The notes below the pieces were generated by a model. It saw nothing but the letters and a program-made list of their open reading frames with translations. It ran no database searches and was not told the DNA's origin. Positions 18,914 to 29,199 of a stretch of DNA of 64,000 nt are shown here, one piece after another. How positions within the stretch are numbered: the first letter of the stretch is position 1; the number at the start of each line of letters is the position of its first letter. This DNA comes from Minisyncoccota bacterium. Its GTDB lineage: Bacteria > Patescibacteriota > Minisyncoccia > Phycocordibacterales > UBA2100. The stretch spans positions 318-64,317 of the forward strand of contig DATJXE010000005.1 of assembly GCA_035500505.1 (NCBI GenBank), read 5' to 3'. Position numbers and translations under genes: made by a program.

Positions 18914-20476
18914 CTATACCGCATGAAGCTCAATAATAAAGCGCGAACCCTTGTCTTTTCCGTCAGACTCTGCCCATATCTTTCCGCCCATGCCTTCGAT
19001 AAAGGTCTTCGCGAGGTAGAGCCCGAGACCCGTTCCGAGCAGGTTCATCTTCTGCGCGTCGGCACGCGAGAATTTCTGGAAGAGGTGCGGCAAAGTTTCC
19101 GGCGGAATGCCGACCCCGGTGTCGGCTATGGTGATGCGCGCCATGCCGTTGCGCTTCTCGATCTCCACCGTGATGTCGCCCGTTTTCGTATATTTGAGGG
19201 AATTATCCACGATATTGCCAACGACTTCGCGCAGCTTCGATTCGTCGGCGCGTGCGAGTAGGTTCGGAAAGTCCACTTTGACATCCAACGAGAGGCCCTT
19301 TTGCTCCGCATGCGCCCTGAATCCTTCGGCGATGCTTCGAATGGTCTTGCCGACGTCGACGTCGGCAATGGCGTAGGCTATCTGCCCGAGCTCAAGCTTC
19401 GATTTGTTGAGGAACTGGGATATGAGCGAGAGCACGGTGTCCCCATTCACCAGTATTTTCTCCGCGGCGTCTTTGGTCTGCGCGCCCGCCTCTCCCGTCG
19501 TCCCGTCGACGATGAGCGAAGCGTACCCGCGCATCGCCGTGATGGGGTTGCGTATCTCGTGCGAGGCGAATGTCATGAATTCCGATTTTTCTTCAGAAAG
19601 TCTTTCTATCTCTTCCCTTTGCTCGACTTCTTTTGTAACACTTTTGATCAAAAGAGCTCCGACGATGGCTACTGTAATCAGCAACGCTCCGTTGATTACG
19701 AGGTCGGAAAGGACGTTCGTGAGGATTAAGCGAATGAAGAGGAAGAGGAGGAGGGTGTACACAAGAAGTTCCGCAAGGATAGCTCTCGGATTGAACAGCC
19801 GGAATCGAAAAATTGAATACGTGATAACTACGGCGAACGCGAAAGTGAAAACCGGACCGCTCCAGATGTATTGGAAGTCATGGAAAAACGGTGAAGGAAG
19901 CAATAGGTTGTAATACATGCCGAATAACCCCGCGACCACGACGGTAGACGCGATAATCAACAATTGCACGCGTTCTACTCCGCTTGCCTGCGGGATCTTC
20001 AATAGGAGCCGCGCTTGCCCAAACAGGAAGAAAAAAAGGAATGATGCAGCAAAAAGCCAATACGCGAAAGGCTCCAAAACGACTTCCTTCCCCCAGCTAT
20101 GGAACACGACATTTTCCGTGAGAACACCAGGGAACAAAATATAAATACTCACAGCGCTCACAAAGGTTGTCGTGATCAATGTGTGGAGACGATGTACCGG
20201 TGTGGGCTTCGGGAACAGAAATGAAAATCTGTAAAAGAAAAAGGCCAGCAATAACGCTGCAATATAAGAAAGCTTTAGCAGATACAGGGCGATCGGGACC
20301 GAATCTACCTGTCTAAAAAGCAAAATGATAAGGGCCCAAAACGTGATGAAAACAACGAAAAGAGCGAACAGTTTGTTGACGGGCTTATCGCGGTCCCGTT
20401 GATACACGAACCAAATCAGCCCCGTGTTCGTTATAGCGGTTACCGCAAGCAATATATCCGGTATCTGAAACAGCAT
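18914..20476 (-). CDS. Sensor histidine kinase with multi-TM (7TM-like) N-terminal domain
   Basis: About 280 aa hydrophobic N-terminus; H-box ASHEIRNP, N-box DNSLKYT, DTGVGI, LFQKF, GTGLGL. Confidence 0.93.
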   Translation of the reverse strand: MLFQIPDILLAVTAITNTGLIWFVYQRDRDKPVNKLFALFVVFITFWALIILLFRQVDSVPIALYLLKLSYIAALLLAFFFYRFSFLFPKPTPVHRLHTLITTTFVSAVSIYILFPGVLTENVVFHSWGKEVVLEPFAYWLFAASFLFFFLFGQARLLLKIPQASGVERVQLLIIASTVVVAGLFGMYYNLLLPSPFFHDFQYIWSGPVFTFAFAVVITYSIFRFRLFNPRAILAELLVYTLLLFLFIRLILTNVLSDLVINGALLITVAIVGALLIKSVTKEVEQREEIERLSEEKSEFMTFASHEIRNPITAMRGYASLIVDGTTGEAGAQTKDAAEKILVNGDTVLSLISQFLNKSKLELGQIAYAIADVDVGKTIRSIAEGFRAHAEQKGLSLDVKVDFPNLLARADESKLREVVGNIVDNSLKYTKTGDITVEIEKRNGMARITIADTGVGIPPETLPHLFQKFSRADAQKMNLLGTGLGLYLAKTFIEGMGGKIWAESDGKDKGSRFIIELHAV

Positions 20477-20486
20477 GTTCCTAGAA

Positions 20487-20536
20487 TAAAAAGATGCCCT
20501 CGCGCGTCGCTATAAAGTATAGCATCGCGCGAGGGC
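20487..20536 (-). terminator. Putative intrinsic terminator of the ketosynthase gene
   Basis: GCCCTCGCGCG...CGCGCGAGGGC stem followed on the minus strand by ATCTTTTT. Confidence 0.65.
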
Positions 20537-20560
20537 CGTGGGTCCTGACGGACCGGAAGA

Positions 20561-21604
20561 TCAGAGTCGAACGAGCATTGCGCCGTACTGGGCGCCCGCT
20601 CCCACGGTGCAGAAGACGCACAGGTCCTCTTGCGAGATCCTGTTGTGAAAGCGATCCTCGTCGATCAGGACGAGAGTGGCAGCGGCCGCGATGTTGCCAT
20701 AGTGGTCGACGTGCATAGCGACTTTTTCGATGGGGATCCCCTGGCTCTCGACGAACTTGGTCAGCACTTTCCCGTTGACCTGATGGAAGTAAAAACGCTT
20801 CACTTCCTTCTTCAGGTTGACCCGAGTTCGCTCCTGCAACCCTTCGAGCGCCTTCTTGGCGTACACGCCGAAAGAGGCAACGACTCCCCGACCGTCGATG
20901 ATGTACAGCGGCTCGGATCGATTGCCGCGGGACTCGTAGTACATCAACTTATTTGTCGGATCAACGCCGTGGTAGCTCGCGAGGATCTCGGAGCCGGAGA
21001 GGATCTTTTCCGACCGTCGCAAAACGGCCGCACCCGCTCCGTCGCCGAAGATGTACATCGAAGCCCACACGTCGTTTGCCACGTAGCTCGCCCAGTCGTT
21101 GTAGTACCGGGACGGGCCGTTCGATGCGACGACCAACATGTTGTCCATGCCGTTGCCGGCAAGCATTTTGGACGCACCGATCATTGCGTGCACCGCGCCG
21201 CCGCAACCAGCATCCATTTCGTATGGGATCGCCGTGTCATGGAGACCGAGGCGCTTATGCAGGTCGAACGCGCTGTTGGAAAAGTGGTGCCGAGCGTCCC
21301 CCTTTTGGGTACACGACACGTACCATATTCCATCAACCTCGTTCGGTTTCATGCCGGCACTTGCAATCGCCTTCCGTGCGGCATCTTCGGCCATGTCGAG
21401 TTCGTCGGCGCCGCTGACCGGATGGCCTTCGGAATCGAGCCGCGTCATGAAGCGACGCTCCTTGATGCCGAGTTTCTCGAGCGCCCAATCGGCACCTTTG
21501 CCGTCCTTTCGGATGAGACCAGCAAGCTCTTGATTGGTTATCACAGTGTCCGGCATATGACTGCCGGTTCCTGCGATACCTATAGTAGGAATCGTGGCAG
21601 CCAT
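20561..21604 (-). CDS. FabH/KAS-III-like 3-oxoacyl synthase (stand-alone)
   Basis: GTGSHMP...ITNQEL, LGIKERR, catalytic Cys (DAGCGG), FGDGAGA, His (FHQVN), Asn (YGNIAAA), GAG; SD AGGAGG. Confidence 0.9.
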   Translation of the reverse strand: MAATIPTIGIAGTGSHMPDTVITNQELAGLIRKDGKGADWALEKLGIKERRFMTRLDSEGHPVSGADELDMAEDAARKAIASAGMKPNEVDGIWYVSCTQKGDARHHFSNSAFDLHKRLGLHDTAIPYEMDAGCGGAVHAMIGASKMLAGNGMDNMLVVASNGPSRYYNDWASYVANDVWASMYIFGDGAGAAVLRRSEKILSGSEILASYHGVDPTNKLMYYESRGNRSEPLYIIDGRGVVASFGVYAKKALEGLQERTRVNLKKEVKRFYFHQVNGKVLTKFVESQGIPIEKVAMHVDHYGNIAAAATLVLIDEDRFHNRISQEDLCVFCTVGAGAQYGAMLVRL

Positions 21605-21729
21605 GAGAAGCCTCCTGTTTCTGCCTATCTGCGAGCATTTCTGCTCCTGAGTGTCAGGGTATCACGGGGACACAATAAACACAACTGTCAACAAGCTGTG
21701 GATAAACCTCTCTGGCGCAAGTCGAGGCT

Positions 21730-22218
21730 TCAGCCTCCCACGTACGCAAGCGCGAAGTAGGCAAGGATGAACCAGAAAAAGCTGTAGGAATTGCCGAATA
21801 CGAACTGCATGTGCGGACCGAACTGCCACAGGGAGGAAAGCACGGGCGTTTGGATCCAGACCACTACGAGTACGGCCGTCGCGGCCGCGCCGGCGATCGC
21901 GGCGTTCAAAAGCGAGCTGTAACGGTCGTAAGCGAAGAACATCTGATGAAAGCAGACGAACAGTATCGCCTCGATGACCAGAAAGATGACGAGTTGGCCG
22001 ATCTCGCCCTTGAACGAAGCCGTGAGCGAGCCGACCAGTATCGTCTTCGGGACTATCTGGAAGAGGTAGAGAGTTATGGGGAGTGACAACGCGAGCGCCG
22101 TCGCGCGCGTGGGGCCTGAACGGAGCGAATCGGCGGAAACGATGAGAAAGAAGATGCCGATGACGAGCACGTCCAATGGAACGCTCGAGATCGCGGAAGT
22201 CGCGCCCTGGAAATCCAT
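21730..22218 (-). CDS. Hypothetical multi-TM membrane protein
   Basis: About 5 hydrophobic helices; TATAAT 6 nt upstream of MDFQGA. Confidence 0.75.
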   Translation of the reverse strand: MDFQGATSAISSVPLDVLVIGIFFLIVSADSLRSGPTRATALALSLPITLYLFQIVPKTILVGSLTASFKGEIGQLVIFLVIEAILFVCFHQMFFAYDRYSSLLNAAIAGAAATAVLVVVWIQTPVLSSLWQFGPHMQFVFGNSYSFFWFILAYFALAYVGG

Positions 22219-22280
22219 TCCGGAATTATATCCTAATGACAAGCGCAAAGCGGACACCTCTGTTCATTTCCGGAGCAGAG

Positions 22281-23342
22281 CTACAACCCCTCCTTCCGCA
22301 ATTTTTCCACCGCCTCGCGAGCGCTTTTCGACAATTTCTTCGGAAATTCGATCTGCACGTTGACCAATAGATCGCCGCGGCTGCTCCTCCCTGTCGGGAC
22401 GCCCTTGCCGCGCACACGGAGCATCTCGCCGTGAACGATACCGGGTGGGACCGTGAGGCGCTCCTCTCCGTCGAGCGACTGGACCGCATAAGAACCTCCG
22501 AGGAGCGCGTCGGTGAGCTTTATCGAAAGTGTCGTCACAAGATTGCTGCCCTCGCGCGCGAACTTCGGGTCGGGTCGCACGTGCAATTTCACATAGAGAT
22601 CCCCCGCGTTCCCGACGGAAGTGGCTTCTCCCCTTCCGGGCATCCGTATCATTTCCCCATCCTCGACGCCGGCCGGCACGATGACCCGTATCTCTTCTTC
22701 TCGCTTCAACACGCCGGCGCCATGGCATGTCTCGCAGAGGATCTCCGGCACTTCGCCTTTCCCGTGGCAGTGCGGGCATACGCGCTCCTGCGTGAATGAG
22801 CCGAAGAAGGAATTGCGCGTTTCCCTGATGGAACCTTTGCCGTTGCAGGTCGTGCACGTCACCGTTTTCGAGCCTGGTTTCCCGCCGGTGCCGTTGCAGG
22901 TCTGGCAGAGTCCGAGTTTCGAAATGAGAACACGCCGTTCGACGCCGAAGATCGCCTCGCGGAACGTGAGCTCGATGTCTATCGAGATGTCGCGCCCGCG
23001 CCCGGTGCGCACCCCCCCTTGCCCGAAAAATTCCGAGAATATGTCGCCGAGGTCGAACTCGAAGGCTTGTCCGTTGCCCCCGAAACCCTGAAAATTGGAG
23101 AAATCGTACCCGCCGAAACCCTGTCCTCCCGCCCCGGCAAAGGTCCTGCCGTGGGCATCGTACTCCGCACGCTTCTTTTTGTCGGAAAGCACCGCGTAGG
23201 CCTCGCTCACTTCCTTGAACTTCGCCTCGTCGCCGCCTTTTTTGTCGGGGTGATACTTTTGTGCAAGTTTTCGGAACGCTTTTTTGATATCATCCTCGCT
23301 CGCGTTCTTCTGCACGCCCAAAATGTCGTAGTAGTTTTTCAT
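22281..23342 (-). CDS. dnaJ: Chaperone DnaJ
   Basis: J domain with HPD, G/F region, four CxxCxGxG repeats. Confidence 0.97.
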   Translation of the reverse strand: MKNYYDILGVQKNASEDDIKKAFRKLAQKYHPDKKGGDEAKFKEVSEAYAVLSDKKKRAEYDAHGRTFAGAGGQGFGGYDFSNFQGFGGNGQAFEFDLGDIFSEFFGQGGVRTGRGRDISIDIELTFREAIFGVERRVLISKLGLCQTCNGTGGKPGSKTVTCTTCNGKGSIRETRNSFFGSFTQERVCPHCHGKGEVPEILCETCHGAGVLKREEEIRVIVPAGVEDGEMIRMPGRGEATSVGNAGDLYVKLHVRPDPKFAREGSNLVTTLSIKLTDALLGGSYAVQSLDGEERLTVPPGIVHGEMLRVRGKGVPTGRSSRGDLLVNVQIEFPKKLSKSAREAVEKLRKEGL

Positions 23343-23395
23343 GCCGAGTCACTATACTACTCGGAAATGTCCCGCAACGCAAAACTCTCGGCGCG

Positions 23396-25249
23396 CTACT
23401 GCTTCGGAGGCTCTTCCGGCGGTTTTTGCTCGCTCTGTGGAGGCTGCTGTTGCTGGTTCATCGCCTGCCCTATCGCGCTCATCGCGCTCGAAAGAGCGTC
23501 GCTCGCGGATTTGATGGCGGACGAATCGGTGCCGTTGCGTGCAGCTTTGACCGCATCTATCTTCTCTTGCACGTTCTTTTTGATATCCTCGCTTACCTTG
23601 TCGCCATGCTCGCGGAGCGCCTTTTCAGCGGCGTAGACGAGATTGTCGGCGCTGTTCTGGGCTTCGATGAGCTCCTTTTTTTGCTTGTCGGCATCGGCGT
23701 TCTTCTCGGCATCTTGTCGCATTTTCTCTATGTCGGCTTCAGAAAGTCCTGAACTTCCCTCTATCCGGATCGATTGCTCTTTGCCGCTCGTTTTGTCCTT
23801 TGCTTTGACGGTCAAAATGCCGTTGGCGTCGATGTCGAACGTGACTTCGACCTGCGGCATGCCGCGCGGCGCAGGCGGAATGCCGTCGAGATTGAAGCGT
23901 CCCAGCGACTTGTTGTCGGCCGCGAGCGGGCGCTCGCCCTGCACGACATGTATCTCGACGGACGGCTGGTTGTCGGAAGCCGTCGAGAAGACCTGCGAAC
24001 GAGAGGTCGGAATGGTCGTGTTGCGGTCGATAAGCTTCGTCGCGACCCCGCCCAACGTTTCGATGCCGAGAGAAAGCGGGATGACGTCGAGAAGGAGTAC
24101 GTCTTTGACGTCGCCTTGCAGGATGCCGCCCTGGATGGCCGCGCCTATCGCGACCACCTCGTCCGGATTGACGCTCATGTTCGGCTTTTTGCCGAAGTAA
24201 TCCTGCACGGCTTTTTGGAGCGCGGGCATACGCGTTTGACCACCGACGAGGATGATTTCGTTGAGGTCACCGATCTTGAAAGGTGACGCTTCCATCGCGC
24301 GCTTCGTTATCGTCATCGCGCGGTCAACGAATTCTCGCGAAAGTTCTTCGAGTTTCGCGCGAGAAAGCTTGATGAGAAGGTGTTGCGGTCCGGCCGCGGT
24401 CGAGGTGATGAACGGGATGTTCACTTCCGTGTCGAGCGCGCTCGAGAGTTCTATTTTCGCCTTCTCCGCGGCTTCGTCCAGACGCTGGCGCGCGAGCGGA
24501 TCATTGCGCACATCGATGCCGCTTTCCTTTCTGAACTCATCCGCGAGCCAGTCCATTATCTTCTGGTCGATGTCCTTGCCTCCCAGGTGTGCATCGCCGT
24601 CGGTCGAACGCACCTCGATGACATCGTCGCCGACCTCAAGCACGGAAATATCAAAGGTGCCGCCGCCGAAGTCGAACACGACGATCTTTTCGTTCTTTTT
24701 CTTGTTGAAACCGTATGCGAGCGCAGCCGCGGTCGGCTCGTTGATGATGCGCTTCACGTCCAATCCGGCGATCTTGCCCGCGTCGCGGGTCGCGGCGCGC
24801 TGTGCGTCGTTGAAGTACGCCGGCACCGTGATGACGGCCTCCGTTATCGTTTCTCCGAGCCGCGCTTCCGCATCCTGCTTCAGTTTTTGCAGTATCATCG
24901 CGGAGATCTCTTCCGGCCGGTACCATTTGTCCCCCATTTTTACCTCGATGCCGCCGTTGCCCGATTTGCGCACCTCAAAAGGCACGGATTTTATGTCTTT
25001 TTGCACGCCCGGCTCGTCGAACGTGTGGCCGATGAAGCGCTTGATCTGATACACGGTATTCTGCGGATTGGTGACGGCCTGCCTGCGCGCAAGCTGGCCC
25101 ACCAATCGCTCCCCCGTCTTCGAAGTAGCGACGATGGAGGGCGTCGTGCGTGCGCCTTCCGCGTTCTCGATAATGTGCGGTTCTCCGCCGCTCACGTATG
25201 CGACAGCCGAATTCGTAGTACCCAAGTCGATGCCGATGATTTTTGCCAT
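23396..25249 (-). CDS. dnaK: Chaperone DnaK
   Basis: [34 protein letters not shown]. Confidence 0.99.
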   Translation of the reverse strand: MAKIIGIDLGTTNSAVAYVSGGEPHIIENAEGARTTPSIVATSKTGERLVGQLARRQAVTNPQNTVYQIKRFIGHTFDEPGVQKDIKSVPFEVRKSGNGGIEVKMGDKWYRPEEISAMILQKLKQDAEARLGETITEAVITVPAYFNDAQRAATRDAGKIAGLDVKRIINEPTAAALAYGFNKKKNEKIVVFDFGGGTFDISVLEVGDDVIEVRSTDGDAHLGGKDIDQKIMDWLADEFRKESGIDVRNDPLARQRLDEAAEKAKIELSSALDTEVNIPFITSTAAGPQHLLIKLSRAKLEELSREFVDRAMTITKRAMEASPFKIGDLNEIILVGGQTRMPALQKAVQDYFGKKPNMSVNPDEVVAIGAAIQGGILQGDVKDVLLLDVIPLSLGIETLGGVATKLIDRNTTIPTSRSQVFSTASDNQPSVEIHVVQGERPLAADNKSLGRFNLDGIPPAPRGMPQVEVTFDIDANGILTVKAKDKTSGKEQSIRIEGSSGLSEADIEKMRQDAEKNADADKQKKELIEAQNSADNLVYAAEKALREHGDKVSEDIKKNVQEKIDAVKAARNGTDSSAIKSASDALSSAMSAIGQAMNQQQQPPQSEQKPPEEPPKQ

Positions 25250-25257
25250 AGAAAAAC

Positions 25258-25286
25258 GGTATACACTTCTTCGGCGTGCTTGTCAA
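25258..25286 (-). promoter_or_regulatory. Sigma70-type promoter for dnaK
   Basis: TTGACA-N17-TATACC, 8 nt before the ATG. Confidence 0.65.
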
Positions 25287-25306
25287 CGCGAGGCTGAACC
25301 TCGCAC

Positions 25307-25849
25307 TTACCTTTTTAGGATGACTTGCGCGGGACGGATGATACGATCACCCATCCTGTAGCCGTATCGTAAGATCCTTACAATTGTTCCTGGTTCGCCC
25401 GGCATATCATCAGTTTCTTGCACGGCTTCGTGGAGCGCGTGATCGAATTTTTCGCCGACTTTGCCGAATCGCTTCACGCCCTGACGTAAAAGTGCGTCCA
25501 GAAGTTGATTTTGTATCTGGCTGACCCCGCTTCGCCACTCCGGTGCGACCGTTTCCCACGAAGGAGAGCCCGCGGCAAGGTCGAATCCGTCGAGCGCGGG
25601 AATGAGGTCTTCGATGAACGACTCCACGGCGCGCTCTCCTTGCCGCTTTGCCTGTCGCAGCGTCTCTTGCCGAGAATTTACCATGTCGGCTTTGGCTCTT
25701 TGCCAGCCGTCGAGATATTCCTGCCGTTCTTTCTTGACCTTCTCAAGCTCGTCTTTGAGCTTCTGGAGTTTTGCTTTTGCAGCGCCAACGCTCCCGAGTT
25801 CATCCTCGGGCTCGAAATCGAGGTCTTCACGCTCGTCACCTTTTTTCAT
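25307..25849 (-). CDS. grpE: Nucleotide exchange factor GrpE
   Basis: QRAKADMVN, FDHALHEAV, GYRMGDRIIRPAQV; upstream of dnaK. Confidence 0.96.
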   Translation of the reverse strand: MKKGDEREDLDFEPEDELGSVGAAKAKLQKLKDELEKVKKERQEYLDGWQRAKADMVNSRQETLRQAKRQGERAVESFIEDLIPALDGFDLAAGSPSWETVAPEWRSGVSQIQNQLLDALLRQGVKRFGKVGEKFDHALHEAVQETDDMPGEPGTIVRILRYGYRMGDRIIRPAQVILKR

Positions 25850-25987
25850 GATGGGAGTATAGCAAAACGGAGCCGCAAAAGTTAAGCCTCGGAGTCAGGT
25901 TGGAACTGCTCCGAGGCCGGACGACCGCATAACCTGGTTCGCTGGGAAAGTGGGTTGGGCGAACCGCGGTGTCCTAACGACAAAGAT

Positions 25988-26380
25988 CTAGCGCTTCGAC
26001 CATTGCGGAGCACGTCGAGCGCCCTTGAGGCCGAACTTCTTGCGTTCTTTGGCGCGCGGGTCGCGCTTGAGGAAACCGCGGACCTTGAGATCTTTGCGCT
26101 GTTCCGGGACGATAGCGACGATGGCGCGGGAGAGGCCGTGGCGCACGGCATCCGCCTGCGCTTTGTGTCCGCCGCCCTTCACTTGCACCGAAACCTCATA
26201 GGCGACGCCGAGAGTTTGCATCGGCGCAAACGCCGTCTTTACCATACCTTCGAGCGGGAAATATTCGTCAGCTGGTTTTCCGTTGACCGTCATCGACGCC
26301 GATTTTGCGGGAGAGATGCGCACGCGGGCCGAGGCCGTCTTGCGGCGTCCTATCGCTTCGGTGTAGTCGTTTTTTGCCAT
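25988..26380 (-). CDS. rpsI: 30S ribosomal protein S9
   Basis: GRRKTASARV...GGG...RDPRAKERKKFG...QWSKR. Confidence 0.98.
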   Translation of the reverse strand: MAKNDYTEAIGRRKTASARVRISPAKSASMTVNGKPADEYFPLEGMVKTAFAPMQTLGVAYEVSVQVKGGGHKAQADAVRHGLSRAIVAIVPEQRKDLKVRGFLKRDPRAKERKKFGLKGARRAPQWSKR

Positions 26381-26387
26381 ACAAATT

Positions 26388-26744
26388 TTATTCGGTGACG
26401 ATAAGGTTTTTCATGCGCGAAGTTTTCATGGTGTTGCGCGGAAGCATGCGAGAGACCGCACGACGGATGGCCTCGCCGTTCCCTTTGCGCGACGCAAGGT
26501 GCGAAAGCGTCTCATACTTGATGCCGCCCGGATAACCGGAATAGGTCGTGTAGGTCTTTTGCAGGCGCTTCTTTTCGGTGACGTGGAGCTTCGAGGCGTT
26601 GACGACCTGCACCTTGACCTTGGAATCGATGTGCGGCACGTAGTCGGCGCGGGTCTTCCCCATGAGCGCCTTCGCCGCAGCGGAGGCAACGCGACCGAGC
26701 GTCTTCCCTCCCGCGTCTATCGTATATGTCTTTTCATCTGCCAT
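26388..26744 (-). CDS. rplM: 50S ribosomal protein L13 (short, 118 aa)
   Basis: IDAGGKTLGRVAS...LMGK...YSGYPGG...MLPRN. Confidence 0.95.
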   Translation of the reverse strand: MADEKTYTIDAGGKTLGRVASAAAKALMGKTRADYVPHIDSKVKVQVVNASKLHVTEKKRLQKTYTTYSGYPGGIKYETLSHLASRKGNGEAIRRAVSRMLPRNTMKTSRMKNLIVTE

Positions 26745-26745
26745 A

Positions 26746-27099
26746 TTATTGTATGAATTCGATGCGAGCCTGTTCGCCGACGCGCTTGCCGATGCGTCCG
26801 AGCCGGACGATCCGGGTATAGCCGCCCGAGCGCTTCGCGTACCGCGGCGCAAGCGTTTCCTTGAGCTTTCTCGCCGCCTCAGGAGAGCCGATGCGCGAAA
26901 TGACGTTCTTCTGCGCCGCGACGGTTCCCTTCTTGCTTTCGCTCACCAGTTTCTCAACGAACGGACGAAGTTCTTTCGCTTTGGCAACGGTCGTTGTTAT
27001 CCCTTCCCGCAAAACCAACGAGCGTGCAAGCGAACGAAGCAAGGCGGTATACTGCCGCTTCGTCCGATGAAGTGTTCGCTTGGCGCTGTGGTGTCGCAT
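26746..27099 (-). CDS. rplQ: 50S ribosomal protein L17
   Basis: MRH...ITTTVAKAKELR...RSGGYTRI. Confidence 0.97.
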   Translation of the reverse strand: MRHHSAKRTLHRTKRQYTALLRSLARSLVLREGITTTVAKAKELRPFVEKLVSESKKGTVAAQKNVISRIGSPEAARKLKETLAPRYAKRSGGYTRIVRLGRIGKRVGEQARIEFIQ

Positions 27100-27104
27100 A
27101 TCGG

Positions 27105-28079
27105 TTATTGAGCTCGCAGGGTGAGACCGAGGTTGGAAAGGGCGCGCTTGATGTCCTGCAAACCTTTCTGACCCAAGCCTTCGATGGCGAGCAGGTCGTC
27201 CTCGCGCTTGCGTACGAGTCCGCCGACGGTGCGGATGGAGGCGTTGTCCAGCGCGGCTTCGACGCGTTGCGGAAGCTGCAGTTCGGTGATGCGTGTTTTC
27301 AGGATCTCCGCATCCATCTGAACCCCGCGCTCTTCGCGTGTCGCGGCGTGACCGGATTCGGAAAGAGCTGCCATTTCGGGAACTTCCTCTTCCTTGAAGC
27401 CGACGACGGCCTTGAGCTGGTGGATCATCGTTTCGATGGAACTCTCGAGCGCTTCGCGCGGGGTGAGCGTGCCGTCGGTCTCGATGAGCATGCGGAGGCG
27501 GTTGAAGTCGGTACGGTCGCCGACGCGCATGTTCTCCACTTCATAGTTGACGCGGCGGATGGGCGAGAAAATGGCATCGAGCGCAATAGAGCCGATGTCC
27601 ACACGCTCTTTTTGATGCGCTTCTTTCGGCACGTACCCAAGCCCGCGCTCGGCGGTAAGTTCCATTTCGAGCGTCGTCTTGCCGGAAATATCGGCGATGT
27701 GTTGCTCGGGGTTGAGGATCTCCACCTGGCCCGGCAATTTCAAATCGGCGGCGGTCACCTCTTTCGGGCCCTTCACGCTCAAGGAAACGGTCTGCGGCTC
27801 GTCGGTCAAAAGGCGGAAACGGATCTTGCGAATGTTGAGGAGTATCGTGACGACATCCTCTTTCACGCCTTCGATGGTCGAGAATTCGTGCGCGACGCCG
27901 GGGATCTTGACGTGCGTCACCGCCGCGCCGCGAAGCGAAGAGAGTATGATGCGGCGAAGCGAGTTGCCGAGCGTGTAGCCATAACCCGGGTAGAGCCCGT
28001 CTATCTCGTAGGTGCCGCTTCGCTCCGACTCGGAGACGACACGGGGTTTGCTCGGAAGCGCGATGAAGTAATCGGACAT
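27105..28079 (-). CDS. rpoA: RNA polymerase alpha subunit
   Basis: GYGYTLGNSLRRIILSS, HEFSTIEGVKEDV, DAIFSPI, alpha-CTD. Confidence 0.98.
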   Translation of the reverse strand: MSDYFIALPSKPRVVSESERSGTYEIDGLYPGYGYTLGNSLRRIILSSLRGAAVTHVKIPGVAHEFSTIEGVKEDVVTILLNIRKIRFRLLTDEPQTVSLSVKGPKEVTAADLKLPGQVEILNPEQHIADISGKTTLEMELTAERGLGYVPKEAHQKERVDIGSIALDAIFSPIRRVNYEVENMRVGDRTDFNRLRMLIETDGTLTPREALESSIETMIHQLKAVVGFKEEEVPEMAALSESGHAATREERGVQMDAEILKTRITELQLPQRVEAALDNASIRTVGGLVRKREDDLLAIEGLGQKGLQDIKRALSNLGLTLRAQ

Positions 28080-28148
28080 GAAGATTGGAAAATTACAACA
28101 CTAATAAAAAATGCCTCAAATGGAAATAAAACGCCCGCCAGTATACCA

Positions 28149-28754
28149 CTATCTGCTGTAGAACTCAAATACGGTCGGATAATCAAGTCCCGCCTCGATC
28201 TGGCTGTACTGCGGCTCGCCCGAAACTTCGACGGAAAGGAGGTTCGGGTCGACGGAAAGCCACTGCGGAGGGACTTTCTTGTCCTCCTTCTCGGCAAGAC
28301 CCGCATACAGAGGACTCGTACGGACGCTCTCTCGGATCTCAAGTTTGTCGCCCTTTTTGAGGCGATGTGAGGGGCTCGTGATACGGGTTCCGTTCACTTT
28401 CACGTGGCCGTGAGAGACGGCCTGGCGCGCGGCCCTTCGGCTCGGCGCGAAACCCGCTCGATACAGGACTGAATCCGCGCGCATCTCCAGCGCGCGATGC
28501 AATTGCGTCGAAGGGTCCTTCTCGTGCGTCGCCTCCTGCGCGTAGTTGGAAAGCTGGCGCTCGGAGAGTCCGTAGGTGTAACGCACGCGCTGCTTCTCCA
28601 GCAACTGACGGCCGAAGTCGCTCCCCCCGCGCCCGCCGCGGCGCTCTTTCTTGGAGCGGGCTTCCGAGAGGGCGAATTTTTGCGTTTGCGTCTGTTCGAA
28701 AACGCCCGCGCCAAGGCGCTTCGCTATTTTGTATTTTGATTTGATGCGGAGCAT
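28149..28754 (-). CDS. rpsD: 30S ribosomal protein S4
   Basis: QLLEKQRVRYTYGLSERQ, LEMRAD, ARQAVSHGH, EFYSR. Confidence 0.97.
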   Translation of the reverse strand: MLRIKSKYKIAKRLGAGVFEQTQTQKFALSEARSKKERRGGRGGSDFGRQLLEKQRVRYTYGLSERQLSNYAQEATHEKDPSTQLHRALEMRADSVLYRAGFAPSRRAARQAVSHGHVKVNGTRITSPSHRLKKGDKLEIRESVRTSPLYAGLAEKEDKKVPPQWLSVDPNLLSVEVSGEPQYSQIEAGLDYPTVFEFYSR

Positions 28755-28761
28755 AGAGGAA

Positions 28762-29196
28762 TTAGACGCGACGGGGTTTCGGCGGACGAGGGCCGTTGTG
28801 CGGGATCGGGGTTTGGTCGGCGATCTTCGTGACGTCGATGCCCTTGCCGGCAAAGCCTCGCAACGCGGATTCGCGTCCGGCGCCGACGCCGCGGATGACG
28901 ACGTCCACTTCCTTCACGCCGATGATGGCCGCCTTGTCGCCGAGGAGCTCGCCGACCTTCGCCGCAGCGAACGGTGTTCCCTTCTTCGCACCCGAGAAGC
29001 CGAGACTTCCGGCCGAAGACCATGCCACCGTGTTCCCGCTCTTGTCCGAGAGGAGCGCCTTGGTGTTGTTGTAGGTCGCGTGGATATGGAGCGTTGCCGC
29101 GGTGATGTTCTTTTTCGCGACACGCGCAAGAGACCGAGATTTGAGTCCCTGGTCGACGCTGCCGCCGCTCTTTCTGATGATGCGTTTCTTTCCCAT
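28762..29196 (-). CDS. rpsK: 30S ribosomal protein S11
   Basis: HATYNNT, KKGTPFAA, TPIPHNGPRPPKPRRV. Confidence 0.98.
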   Translation of the reverse strand: MGKKRIIRKSGGSVDQGLKSRSLARVAKKNITAATLHIHATYNNTKALLSDKSGNTVAWSSAGSLGFSGAKKGTPFAAAKVGELLGDKAAIIGVKEVDVVIRGVGAGRESALRGFAGKGIDVTKIADQTPIPHNGPRPPKPRRV

Positions 29197-29199
29197 ATA

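Noticed and set aside
25886-25918. TCAGG...GGAA hairpin as SRP (4.5S) RNA
   Set aside because: It lacks the AGCAG half of the conserved internal loop and the proper GGAA-capped stem.
28708-28722. GCGCCAAGGCGCT resembling the palindromic-element core
   Set aside because: It lies in the rpsD coding sequence with no flanking inverted repeats, so it is likely coincidental.
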